Shown here: positions 54,178 through 62,021 of the stretch, one piece after another
Layout: every line of letters begins with the position of its first letter
Position numbering within the stretch: position 1 is the stretch's first letter
From: Deltaproteobacteria bacterium
GTDB lineage: Bacteria > BMS3Abin14
Length of the DNA stretch: 64,000 nt
Assembly (NCBI GenBank): GCA_013151915.1
Contig: JAADHJ010000033.1
Coordinates: 37,642-101,641, forward strand
Direction of reading: 5' to 3'
Program-made: the position numbers and the translations under genes
The notes under the pieces: model-generated
What the model saw: the letters and a program-made list of their open reading frames with translations, nothing else
The model's database searches: none
What the model was told of the DNA's origin: nothing

Positions 54178-54891
54178 ATGGCATCGGAGACGTTCGTCTT
54201 TCTGGATCACACCCCCCTGTTTACAGCCCTTGCGCGGGTTGAGGGGATAGATCCTGCACCCATCATCCACGGTGCCCTGGTTTCCATTATTATCATCGCT
54301 CTTGCCGTCCTGGTTAACAGATCTCTGAAAGATCGAAGGATCATGCCCCATGAGAAGACCCTGTCCCTTACCAACCTTCTGGAACTTGCCATTTCGGGAA
54401 TTCTCACATTCATGGAGGGCATGATGGGCAAAGAGGCCAAGCGGTTTCTTCCCCTCATCGGGACGACGGCCTTCTTTATCCTCTTTTCCAACCTGCTGGG
54501 CAACATACCGGGCTTCGAAGCCCCAACGGCCAACTACAACACCACCCTCGCGTGTGCCATCGTCATCGTCGTGACGACACATATTGTCGGCATAAAAACC
54601 CACGGGGCAAAATACATCAAACATTTTCTCGGACCAGCCTGGTGGCTGGCCTGGTTGATTTTACCCATCGAGATCATAGGTCACCTTGCGCGGGTATTGA
54701 GCCTGTCTGTCCGTCTTTTCGGCAATATGTTCGGGGATCACCTGGTTCTCGCGACATTCATGAGCCTTGTTGCGCTATTGGTCCCTGTAATCTTCATGGG
54801 ACTCGGGCTTTTTGTCGCCTTCATCCAGACTTTCGTATTTACACTGCTGTCAATCATCTATATAACTGGAGCCCTTGAAGAGGCTCACTGA
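54178..54891 (+). CDS. atpB: F0F1 ATP synthase subunit a
   Basis: [11 protein letters not shown] (essential Arg motif) and C-terminal [19 protein letters not shown]. Confidence 0.9.
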   Translation: MASETFVFLDHTPLFTALARVEGIDPAPIIHGALVSIIIIALAVLVNRSLKDRRIMPHEKTLSLTNLLELAISGILTFMEGMMGKEAKRFLPLIGTTAFFILFSNLLGNIPGFEAPTANYNTTLACAIVIVVTTHIVGIKTHGAKYIKHFLGPAWWLAWLILPIEIIGHLARVLSLSVRLFGNMFGDHLVLATFMSLVALLVPVIFMGLGLFVAFIQTFVFTLLSIIYITGALEEAH

Positions 54892-54938
54892 CATACCAAC
54901 TCGACAAAAATAACATTCGAGAAAGGAGGCAGAACTCG

Positions 54939-55262
54939 ATGAAAAGACCTTACATCACCACGCTTCTTGCCATACTCTTCCTGCTTATTCTGGCACCTGC
55001 GGCCTTCGCGGCCGAAGCCGGCGCTCTTCCGGAGCTGGTAGGTTTAGGCGTTGCCGTGGCCGCGGGCCTGGGCATCGGCATTGCCGCCTTGGGCGGCGGT
55101 ATCGGCCAGGGCCTGGCTGTAAAAGGAGCCGTAGAGGGGCTTGCCAGGAATCCCGGAGCATCCGGCAAGATCATGACGTTCATGATTATCGGATTGGCCA
55201 TGATCGAATCTCTCGTTATCTACGCCCTGGTTATCTCCTTCCTGCTGGTTTTCAAGATCTGA
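54939..55262 (+). CDS. atpE: F0F1 ATP synthase subunit c
   Basis: [16 protein letters not shown]...[16 protein letters not shown] (carboxylate E in helix 2), with an N-terminal signal-like extension. Confidence 0.85.
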   Translation: MKRPYITTLLAILFLLILAPAAFAAEAGALPELVGLGVAVAAGLGIGIAALGGGIGQGLAVKGAVEGLARNPGASGKIMTFMIIGLAMIESLVIYALVISFLLVFKI

Positions 55263-55334
55263 ATGACGGGATCGCGAGGAATTCAGCAATAGGCCGACGA
55301 CGGCGATTAAGCCTTGGCCTGGAACAGAAATGGA

Positions 55335-55372
55335 CCCCGGGGAGGGAATCAACCCCCTCCCCGTTTAAAAAA
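55335..55372 (+). terminator. Rho-independent terminator after atpE
   Basis: CCCCGGGGAGGGaatcaaCCCCCTCCCCG followed by TTTAAAAAA. Confidence 0.6.
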
Positions 55373-55454
55373 CCGTTTATGTGAAAATGTGAACTATTTC
55401 AAGCTGTCCGGGAGCATCGCCGCCCCGGGCACGACAAGTGGGAGGTTGGAAATA

Positions 55455-56645
55455 ATGAGGCCCTTTCTTATTGCCGCCACGGTCCTTCTTCTCATTGCTT
55501 CGCCCGCCGCCGCTTTGTCAACATCCGACTGCCTCGATTGCCACTCCGACAAGGATCTGACAAAAACCGTCGATGGACAGGATAAATCCCTTTACATCGA
55601 TGAGAAAACCTTCGCCGGTTCGGTCCATGGGGATCTGGATTGCACGGACTGCCACGAGGACCTGGCGGATGTTGAGGACGAACACGGTGAGACCGTGAAG
55701 AAGGTTCAGTGCGCCAACTGCCACGATGATGTTGCCGAATCGGTGGCAAACAGCATTCATGCCAGGAGCAACGCCGAGGTCGCATCCGATCTGCCCACCT
55801 GCAGCGATTGCCACGGCAAGCATGACATCCTGCCCCCCGACAATACCCGTTCCCACGTTTTTGCCCTTAACATCCCCGCAACCTGCTGCAAGTGCCACGG
55901 TTCTGTGGAGATTGCCTCTAGACATCCCTCACTGGATTCGAAGGTCTGCAGCGATTACGAGGCCGGCATGCACGGGATCGTCCTCATCAAAAGCGGGATA
56001 GTCTCCTCGGCCGTATGCAACGACTGTCATGGAAGCCATGACATCAAGTCCTCGAAGGATCCGGCCTCCAGGGTGAACCGTGCAAATGTCGACGACACGT
56101 GCGGAAAGTGCCACGCAAGCATCGTTAAGACCTATAGGCAAAGCGTTCACGGTAAACTGTATGCGTCTGGATCGAAGGATGCGCCCACATGCCCCTCCTG
56201 CCATGGGAATCACCGAATAGACAGGGCAATGGACAAGGAGTTCATGGTTACCGTAACGAAACGCTGTTCCCAATGCCATCCTGAGGCTGATGCCACCTTC
56301 AAGAACACGTACCATGGCCAGGTCACCGGGTTGGGCGACACCGCTGCGGCCCAATGCCCTGATTGCCACGGAGCCCACAACATCCTGCCCAAGGAGGATC
56401 CGGCATCCATGATCAACCCGGACAATCTTGTAACAACATGCGGAAAATGCCATGTGGGAGCCAACGAAAACTTCGTCCGGTACATGCCCCACGCTGACTA
56501 CCACGACGTGAAAAAAGATCCCGGCCTTTACTATGTCTATCTGGCTATGGTGATCCTGCTTTCAGGGGTATTCATCTTTTTCGGAATCCACACCATTCTC
56601 TGGTTCCTAAGAGCCTATCATGATGAGCGGAAAAAGCGGGATTAA
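55455..56645 (+). CDS. Multihaem c-type cytochrome (11 CxxCH motifs), signal peptide, C-terminal TM anchor
   Basis: Start assigned at MRPFLIAATVLLLIASPAAA after RBS GGAGGT. Motifs CLDCH, CTDCH, CANCH, CSDCH, CCKCH, CNDCH, CGKCH, CPSCH, CSQCH, CPDCH, CGKCH. Confidence 0.85.
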   Translation: MRPFLIAATVLLLIASPAAALSTSDCLDCHSDKDLTKTVDGQDKSLYIDEKTFAGSVHGDLDCTDCHEDLADVEDEHGETVKKVQCANCHDDVAESVANSIHARSNAEVASDLPTCSDCHGKHDILPPDNTRSHVFALNIPATCCKCHGSVEIASRHPSLDSKVCSDYEAGMHGIVLIKSGIVSSAVCNDCHGSHDIKSSKDPASRVNRANVDDTCGKCHASIVKTYRQSVHGKLYASGSKDAPTCPSCHGNHRIDRAMDKEFMVTVTKRCSQCHPEADATFKNTYHGQVTGLGDTAAAQCPDCHGAHNILPKEDPASMINPDNLVTTCGKCHVGANENFVRYMPHADYHDVKKDPGLYYVYLAMVILLSGVFIFFGIHTILWFLRAYHDERKKRD

Positions 56646-56675
56646 GCGCGGGCATCGCCCTGGGAGGGTTGCAAA

Positions 56676-57542
56676 ATGAACGATTCAATGCATGTTGACC
56701 AGGCGGGATTGGAGGACAAGTGGTATCTTCGCTTCACCTACTATCACCGATTCCTCCACGCCCTTATAATTATCAGTTTTCTCGGGCTCGTGCTCACCGG
56801 AATGCCCTTGAAGTTCAACGAGTCCGCGTGGGCCAAGGGATGGGCAAATCTTCTTGGCGGGATTCAGACCGCCGCCTATATCCACCGCTTTTTCGCGTTA
56901 ATTACGTTCCTATACTTTTTCCTGCATCTCGCATTCGCCCTCTACTACATCGTCAGGGTGAGGAAGGAACCGTTTTTCAAATGGTTATTAGGCCCCAATT
57001 CGATGATGCCGTGGATAAAGGATGTAGATGACATAATAGCCCACTTCCGATGGTTTCTGGGGTTGGGGGAACGGCCCAGATTCGACCGGTTTACCTACTG
57101 GGAGAAGTTCGACTACATGGCGGTCTTCTGGGGGGTGGGAATTATCGGAGTCTCGGGACTTTTACTCTGGTTCCCGGTATTTTTCGCCAAATTCATGCCC
57201 GGATGGGTTTTCAACGTCGCCATTATTCTCCACTCCGACGAGGCCCTCCTGGCTGCCGGTTTCATCTTTACGATCCATTTTTTCAATACCCACCTCAGGC
57301 CGGAGAAATTCCCTCTGGACTTCGTTATTTTCACCGGCAGGGTCACAGAGAAAGAACTGCGGCACGAAAGACCCCTGGAGTACGAGAGGCTTGTCGAAAA
57401 TGGCGAACTGGAATCCATCAGCACGACCCCACCCAGTAGGATGACCCTCATCTGGGCGCGTATAGTCGGATTCACCGCCTATGGAATCGGTCTGATCATG
57501 ATCATACTCATTGTCTATTCGGCCATTCAGGAGTTGCACTGA
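56676..57542 (+). CDS. Dihaem cytochrome b-type membrane subunit (Ni/Fe-hydrogenase / FdnI-type b cytochrome family)
   Basis: 5 predicted TM. N-terminal YLRFTYYHRFLHALII resembles the ERxxHW motif. Conserved His in TM helices (HRFFALITFLYFFLHLAFALYY; ILHSDEALLAAGFIFTIHFFNTHL). Confidence 0.6.
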   Translation: MNDSMHVDQAGLEDKWYLRFTYYHRFLHALIIISFLGLVLTGMPLKFNESAWAKGWANLLGGIQTAAYIHRFFALITFLYFFLHLAFALYYIVRVRKEPFFKWLLGPNSMMPWIKDVDDIIAHFRWFLGLGERPRFDRFTYWEKFDYMAVFWGVGIIGVSGLLLWFPVFFAKFMPGWVFNVAIILHSDEALLAAGFIFTIHFFNTHLRPEKFPLDFVIFTGRVTEKELRHERPLEYERLVENGELESISTTPPSRMTLIWARIVGFTAYGIGLIMIILIVYSAIQELH

Positions 57543-57719
57543 TCATTTGTATTTGTACCCCACCAGAGCGCCATATGCGCAGGTGGGGTATATCTCCCCT
57601 CCTGCATAAAACCGAAAACTCCCATCTCCATTGACACCTCTCGCACAGGTGTGCTAAAAATCTCAAACGGTAGGGTTGTTCACAAGCTCCGGTGAAACAA
57701 TATTAGGGTTGGGGTATGG

Positions 57720-59129
57720 GTGAGCCTGTCAGAGGACGTGCCGTTGGACTTCAAGCGACCGGTGGGGAAGATGTTTAAAGGGAGGAGAAAACTTCGTTTT
57801 TACGAGGTGCTTCTCCTCGTTCTCATCGCCCTTATTATCGGCGCATGGAGCCTCCTGGAGATCACACGATCGCCCCTTTTCTGCGGCAACGCCTGTCATA
57901 TCATGCGTCCTTACTACGAGGATTGGAAGAAATCCACCCACAACAAAGTACCATGCGTTGAGTGTCACAACCCGCCCCCGACCGCCGGACAGTTGACACC
58001 CGATTGGGGCGCCATTAAACAGGTAGCCGGCTACATGACCCGCTCCTACAGTGAAAGGCTCAGGGCTAATGTCAGCGATGCGGGTTGTCTGAAAGAGGGA
58101 TGCCACTCAAAACGCCTTCTTAACGGGAAGGTTTCCTTCCGCGAGGACATCCTTTTCGACCATCGTCCCCACCTTGGACAGCTGCGAAGGGGTAAGATCC
58201 TCCGCTGTGCCACCTGTCATTCCCAGATTGTCATGGGCAACCATGTCACTGTTGATGAAAACACCTGTTTCATATGCCATTTCAAAGACCGGGATGAAAG
58301 TCAATCCACTGCCAGATGCCGCCTTTGCCACGGCACGACACAGGAACACACCTTGTCCATGAACAGGAACTTCGACCACACCGATTACATGGCGAGAGGT
58401 GTCCGATGCACCAGGTGTCATCCCGACATCATCAGGGGCAACGGCGATGTATCGGAGGACCGATGCATTGGATGCCATAAACGGCGCATGAAGATCGACA
58501 CGTCGCAGCCGGAGATGGCGCTGCACCGAAAGCACGTCACGGACCATAATGTCAAGTGTGAGGATTGCCATGATCTTATCAGGCATTCCATCCCCAAGGG
58601 TTCCGAACTGGGACGGCTGGACTGTTCATCCTGCCATGAGAACAAGCACGGAGCTATTTTATCCCTTTACAGGGGACTGGGCGCCGACGGGATTGATCCG
58701 ATGCCCTCACCAATGTACATCAGCCAGGTAGGCTGCAACGGTTGTCACATCCCCTCCCAGGACACCACGGGTTACGGTACGGCAGTCAGCGGCCCCTCCA
58801 CGAAGGACATCTCCGCCGCCTGTGATTCATGTCACGGCGATGGCTACGGAGTTCTGGTCACAAAGTGGAAAAAAGAGCTGCTAGAGAAGATTGAGTCGGT
58901 CGACGTAAAACTCAAGGAAGCCAAGAAAGCGATCGCCCGGTCGCAGGCGGGCTCCGGGAATATCACCAGGGCCAGAAATATCCTGAAAAAGAGCCGGCAC
59001 AATTTTCTGTTCATACGGGCAAGTGTGCCCGTTCACAATCCCGATTATGCCATAACCGTCCTGGACAAGACCGTGCAGGATTTGGAAAAGGCCATAACCC
59101 TTGTGAGGCAGGTGAACGATGGTGTTTAA
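57720..59129 (+). CDS. Multihaem c-type cytochrome with N-terminal NapC/NrfH-like membrane anchor (10 CxxCH + 2 CxnCH)
   Basis: TM VLLLVLIALIIGAWSLL. Motifs CGNACH, CVECH, CLKEGCH, CATCH, CFICH, CRLCH, CTRCH, CIGCH, CEDCH, CSSCH, CNGCH, CDSCH. Confidence 0.8.
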   Translation: MSLSEDVPLDFKRPVGKMFKGRRKLRFYEVLLLVLIALIIGAWSLLEITRSPLFCGNACHIMRPYYEDWKKSTHNKVPCVECHNPPPTAGQLTPDWGAIKQVAGYMTRSYSERLRANVSDAGCLKEGCHSKRLLNGKVSFREDILFDHRPHLGQLRRGKILRCATCHSQIVMGNHVTVDENTCFICHFKDRDESQSTARCRLCHGTTQEHTLSMNRNFDHTDYMARGVRCTRCHPDIIRGNGDVSEDRCIGCHKRRMKIDTSQPEMALHRKHVTDHNVKCEDCHDLIRHSIPKGSELGRLDCSSCHENKHGAILSLYRGLGADGIDPMPSPMYISQVGCNGCHIPSQDTTGYGTAVSGPSTKDISAACDSCHGDGYGVLVTKWKKELLEKIESVDVKLKEAKKAIARSQAGSGNITRARNILKKSRHNFLFIRASVPVHNPDYAITVLDKTVQDLEKAITLVRQVNDGV

Positions 59130-59763
59130 AAAGGTAAGCAGAATCAAGATACCTGATGCGACCATCAGGCGGTTATCCCTGTATGATCGCTGTCTGGAGG
59201 AACTCAGGAAATCGGGCAGCAAGATTGTATCGTCATCCGACATTGCCCGTAAGTGCGGGACCAATCCAGCCCAGATCAGGAAGGATTTCGCCTATTTCGG
59301 GGAGTTCGGGGTAAGAGGGGTGGGATATTACGTGGAAAACCTCCAGATGGACATCAAAATGGCGCTTGGGATAGATCGCCCGTGGATGTGCGCCCTTGTA
59401 GGGGCGGGGAATCTGGGCTTCGCCCTCCTGGGAACCGATTCACTGGCCAAGCGAGGCTTCAGAATATCGGTTATCTTTGAAAAGGACCCGATTCTGGTGG
59501 AGATGGGTTCCTTTCAGGACATTCCACTTTTCGGCATGGACATGATGCCGCAGGTGATATCGGACCTCGGGATTCACATCGGCCTTATCGCCGTCAATCC
59601 CGAGACGGCGTTGAAGGTCGCCCACGACCTCATTGACGCCGGTGTAAAAGGAATCCTGAACTTCACTCCTGCAACCCTCAAGGTTCCGCCCGGGATTGTC
59701 CTGAAAAACATGGACTTCGCCATTGACCTGGAAGGAATCGCTTTCCAGTTGAGCAATCAGTAG
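59119..59763 (+). CDS. rex: Redox-sensing transcriptional repressor Rex
   Basis: MVFKKVSRIKIPDATIRRLSLYDRCLEELRKSG...SSSDIARKCGTNPAQIRKDFAYFGEFGVRGVGYYV + Rossmann CALVGAGNLGFALL. Confidence 0.9.
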   Translation: MVFKKVSRIKIPDATIRRLSLYDRCLEELRKSGSKIVSSSDIARKCGTNPAQIRKDFAYFGEFGVRGVGYYVENLQMDIKMALGIDRPWMCALVGAGNLGFALLGTDSLAKRGFRISVIFEKDPILVEMGSFQDIPLFGMDMMPQVISDLGIHIGLIAVNPETALKVAHDLIDAGVKGILNFTPATLKVPPGIVLKNMDFAIDLEGIAFQLSNQ

Positions 59764-59897
59764 TGATGACTTCGCAAAAAGTCATCAACGCGCCCACTGA
59801 AGGGCGCCCAAATCGAAGATTTGTGAGGAAAGTGAAAATGACACTTTTCGCTTTCCGTGGAGTAAAAAGCCATTAAGGGACTTTTTACGACCCTATA
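59763..59897 (+). repeat. Family A multi-hairpin intergenic repeat (short form), cleanest copy; begins at rex stop codon
   Basis: Five hairpins: TGATGACTTcgcaaaaAGTCATCA; GCGCCCactgaaGGGCGC; CAAATCgaaGATTTG; GGAAAGTGAAAAtgacaCTTTTCGCTTTCC; GTAAAAAGccattaagggaCTTTTTAC. Confidence 0.9.
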
Positions 59898-59950
59898 AAT
59901 AGAGATATACCGGCGGGGCGCGAAACGGAAGGGCGGGAGAGAACAACCGG

Positions 59951-60541
59951 ATGAAGAAACTCGAGGATCTGATCAGGCAAAGGGGTCGCGAGAGTGCTCA
60001 GACCCAGCAGGAATACTGCGAATCGGCCGCCGGAAAAATAGATTACGCCGCCCGCAGCCTGACCAGAATTCTCAGTGAGGGCGGGAAGATCCTTGTGGCC
60101 GGAAACGGAGGCTCCGCGGCGGATGCTCAGCACTTCTCCGCCGAGCTTGTCGGCCGCTTCCTCATGGAAAGGCATCCTCTGGCCTGTCTGGCGCTTACCA
60201 CAAACTCCTCCGTCCTCACCTCCATCGCAAACGACTATTCCTTCGAACAGGTATTCAGCAAACAGGTGGCGGCCCTGGGCCGGGAAAACGACGCACTGGT
60301 GGCCATATCCACCAGTGGCGCGTCCCCCAACATCCTCCGTGCTCTGGAAAGCGCCAACACCCGATCCATGCTGACCGTGGGACTTACAGGGGCCGACTGC
60401 GACCGGATGGCCCCTCTATGCGACATCTGCCTCAATGTGGATAACACATCCACCCCCCGCATCCAGGAGGTCCACCACCTGATCCTCCATATCATTGCCG
60501 AACTTATTGAGATCCGGCTTTTCGCCCGGCAGGAGGCCTGA
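59951..60541 (+). CDS. gmhA: Phosphoheptose (sedoheptulose-7-phosphate) isomerase, SIS domain
   Basis: ILVAGNGGSAADAQHFSAELVGRF...ISTSGASPNILRALESAN. Confidence 0.85.
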   Translation: MKKLEDLIRQRGRESAQTQQEYCESAAGKIDYAARSLTRILSEGGKILVAGNGGSAADAQHFSAELVGRFLMERHPLACLALTTNSSVLTSIANDYSFEQVFSKQVAALGRENDALVAISTSGASPNILRALESANTRSMLTVGLTGADCDRMAPLCDICLNVDNTSTPRIQEVHHLILHIIAELIEIRLFARQEA

Positions 60542-60581
60542 AAATGGAACTGAAAGGCCTCCGGCCTATCACAAGACAATT

Positions 60582-61544
60582 ATGAGTGGTTCATATAAAA
60601 AGACCCCCTTGGCGGACCTTGACCTTTCCGGCCTGAAGACCTATTCGGTGTTCACAAGGGATTGCAAGGTGAGTTCCGGAGAGCTGGGCACCCCTTATCT
60701 CGGGAAATCGTATCTATCGGATTTTGTAAACGGGTTGCCGACAATCCTGGCATCAAGGGATTTCCAGGAGGTGGCCGAGGCCATTGTACGCGCGCGTGGC
60801 GACGGAAAGGGGGTACTCCTCGGCATGGGCGCCCACCCCCTGAAGGTCGGATTGGGACCTCTCCTTGCCGACGCCATGGAATCCGGGATTCTCACCGGAA
60901 TCGCCACCAACGGCGCCGCAATCATTCACGATTATGAACTGGCACTTCTCGGAAGGACATCCGAGGATGTCGGGGCGGCGCTGGGTTCCGGGCTATTCGG
61001 GATGGCTGAGGAAACCGCGACCGCCCTGAACGGCGCTATCCGGGATGGGACCAAGGTCAACGAGGGGATCGGTCTTGCCGTGGGACGCCTCATAGAGGAA
61101 GGAATGCTTCCCCACACATCTTCCAGCATCTTCGCAACGGCCTATCGGTGCACTATCCCGGCAACGGTTCACGTGGCCATCGGCACGGATATTATCCATA
61201 TGCACCCTTCCTGCGACGGTGCATCCACCGGAGCGGCGACCTTGAGCGACTTCCGCCTCTTCGCACGACAGGTAGCTGCGTTGGACGACGGTGTATTCAT
61301 AAACCTTGGGTCCGCTGTCATTATTCCCGAGATTTTTCTCAAGGCGTTTTCTCTCGCACGCAATCTGGGCAATCCCATCGCCAACCTGACAACCGTCGAC
61401 ATGGATTTTGTTCAGCACTATCGGCCCCGGGTCAATGTTGTGCAGCGCCCCACCTCAGAATCCGGGAAAGGGTACTCACTCGTCGGCCATCACGAGATAA
61501 TGCTTCCCCTTCTCCTGGCCACGGTTAAGGAACTCATGGAATGA
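60582..61544 (+). CDS. Conserved hypothetical protein (~320 aa) between gmhA and heptose-1-P adenylyltransferase; weak resemblance to deoxyhypusine-synthase-like NAD-binding fold
   Basis: No PfkB, GHMP or HAD motifs. Gly-rich segments [12 protein letters not shown] and [11 protein letters not shown]. Start taken at the internal ATG (MSGSYKK); the ORF table's alternative start at 60495 overlaps gmhA. Confidence 0.4.
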   Translation: MSGSYKKTPLADLDLSGLKTYSVFTRDCKVSSGELGTPYLGKSYLSDFVNGLPTILASRDFQEVAEAIVRARGDGKGVLLGMGAHPLKVGLGPLLADAMESGILTGIATNGAAIIHDYELALLGRTSEDVGAALGSGLFGMAEETATALNGAIRDGTKVNEGIGLAVGRLIEEGMLPHTSSSIFATAYRCTIPATVHVAIGTDIIHMHPSCDGASTGAATLSDFRLFARQVAALDDGVFINLGSAVIIPEIFLKAFSLARNLGNPIANLTTVDMDFVQHYRPRVNVVQRPTSESGKGYSLVGHHEIMLPLLLATVKELME

Positions 61545-62020
61545 CACCAGGCTTCTATACCATGGAGTCCATTTCCCGCGCAGCGGCGGACTGGAGGGCC
61601 AAGGGGAGAAAGATCGTTTTTACGAACGGTTGTTTCGACCTGCTCCATCCGGGACACACGAGATATCTTAAACAGGCCAGGGACCTGGGTGACATCCTGG
61701 TCGTTGGGATCAACTCGGATCAGTCCGTCCGAAGACTCAAAGGACCGGGCCGTCCTATCCTTACTGAAGCCGAGAGAGCGGAGGTTCTCCTCTCCCTGAG
61801 ATGGGTTGACGCGGTGGTTCCATTTTCAGAATCGACTCCCCTTGAACTGGTCAAGGTGGTGATCCCTCACGTACTGGTCAAGGGTGGAGACTGGTCCGTG
61901 GAAGATATCATCGGACGTGAATTCGTAGAATCTCACGGGGGCGAGGTTTACAGTCTTCCCTTTTACCCCGGGATTTCCACATCGGACATCATCGATCGTA
62001 TCAGCGACGCCGATTCCTAG
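61541..62020 (+). CDS. hldC: D-glycero-beta-D-manno-heptose 1-phosphate adenylyltransferase (HldE domain II / RfaE-II, cytidylyltransferase fold), stand-alone
   Basis: [50 protein letters not shown]...LVKGGDW parallels E. coli HldE C-domain (FDILHAGH...LKGDSRPV...LVKGGDY). Confidence 0.8.
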   Translation: MTPGFYTMESISRAAADWRAKGRKIVFTNGCFDLLHPGHTRYLKQARDLGDILVVGINSDQSVRRLKGPGRPILTEAERAEVLLSLRWVDAVVPFSESTPLELVKVVIPHVLVKGGDWSVEDIIGREFVESHGGEVYSLPFYPGISTSDIIDRISDADS

Positions 62021-62021
62021 G

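Noticed and set aside
55378-55394. TGTGAAAATGTGAAC upstream of the first multihaem cytochrome gene as a Rex operator
   Set aside because: It is a direct repeat of TGTGAA rather than the inverted TTGTGAA-N6-TTCACAA Rex box. A similar half-site (ATGTGAAATTTTTTGCA, ~51560) upstream of the nuoA gene is also incomplete. Neither is reported as a site.
366-59897. Possibility that the family A/B/C repeats form a CRISPR array
   Set aside because: The copies are 135-170 bp and dispersed kilobases apart in both orientations. They are not 25-40-bp direct repeats with regular unique spacers, and there are no cas genes in the window.
60495-60581. Upstream ATG start for the unknown heptose-locus protein (ORF table start 60495)
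   Set aside because: It would overlap the gmhA C-terminus by 47 nt and adds a Pro/Arg/Gly-rich, non-conserved-looking extension. The internal ATG at 60582 is preferred but not proven.
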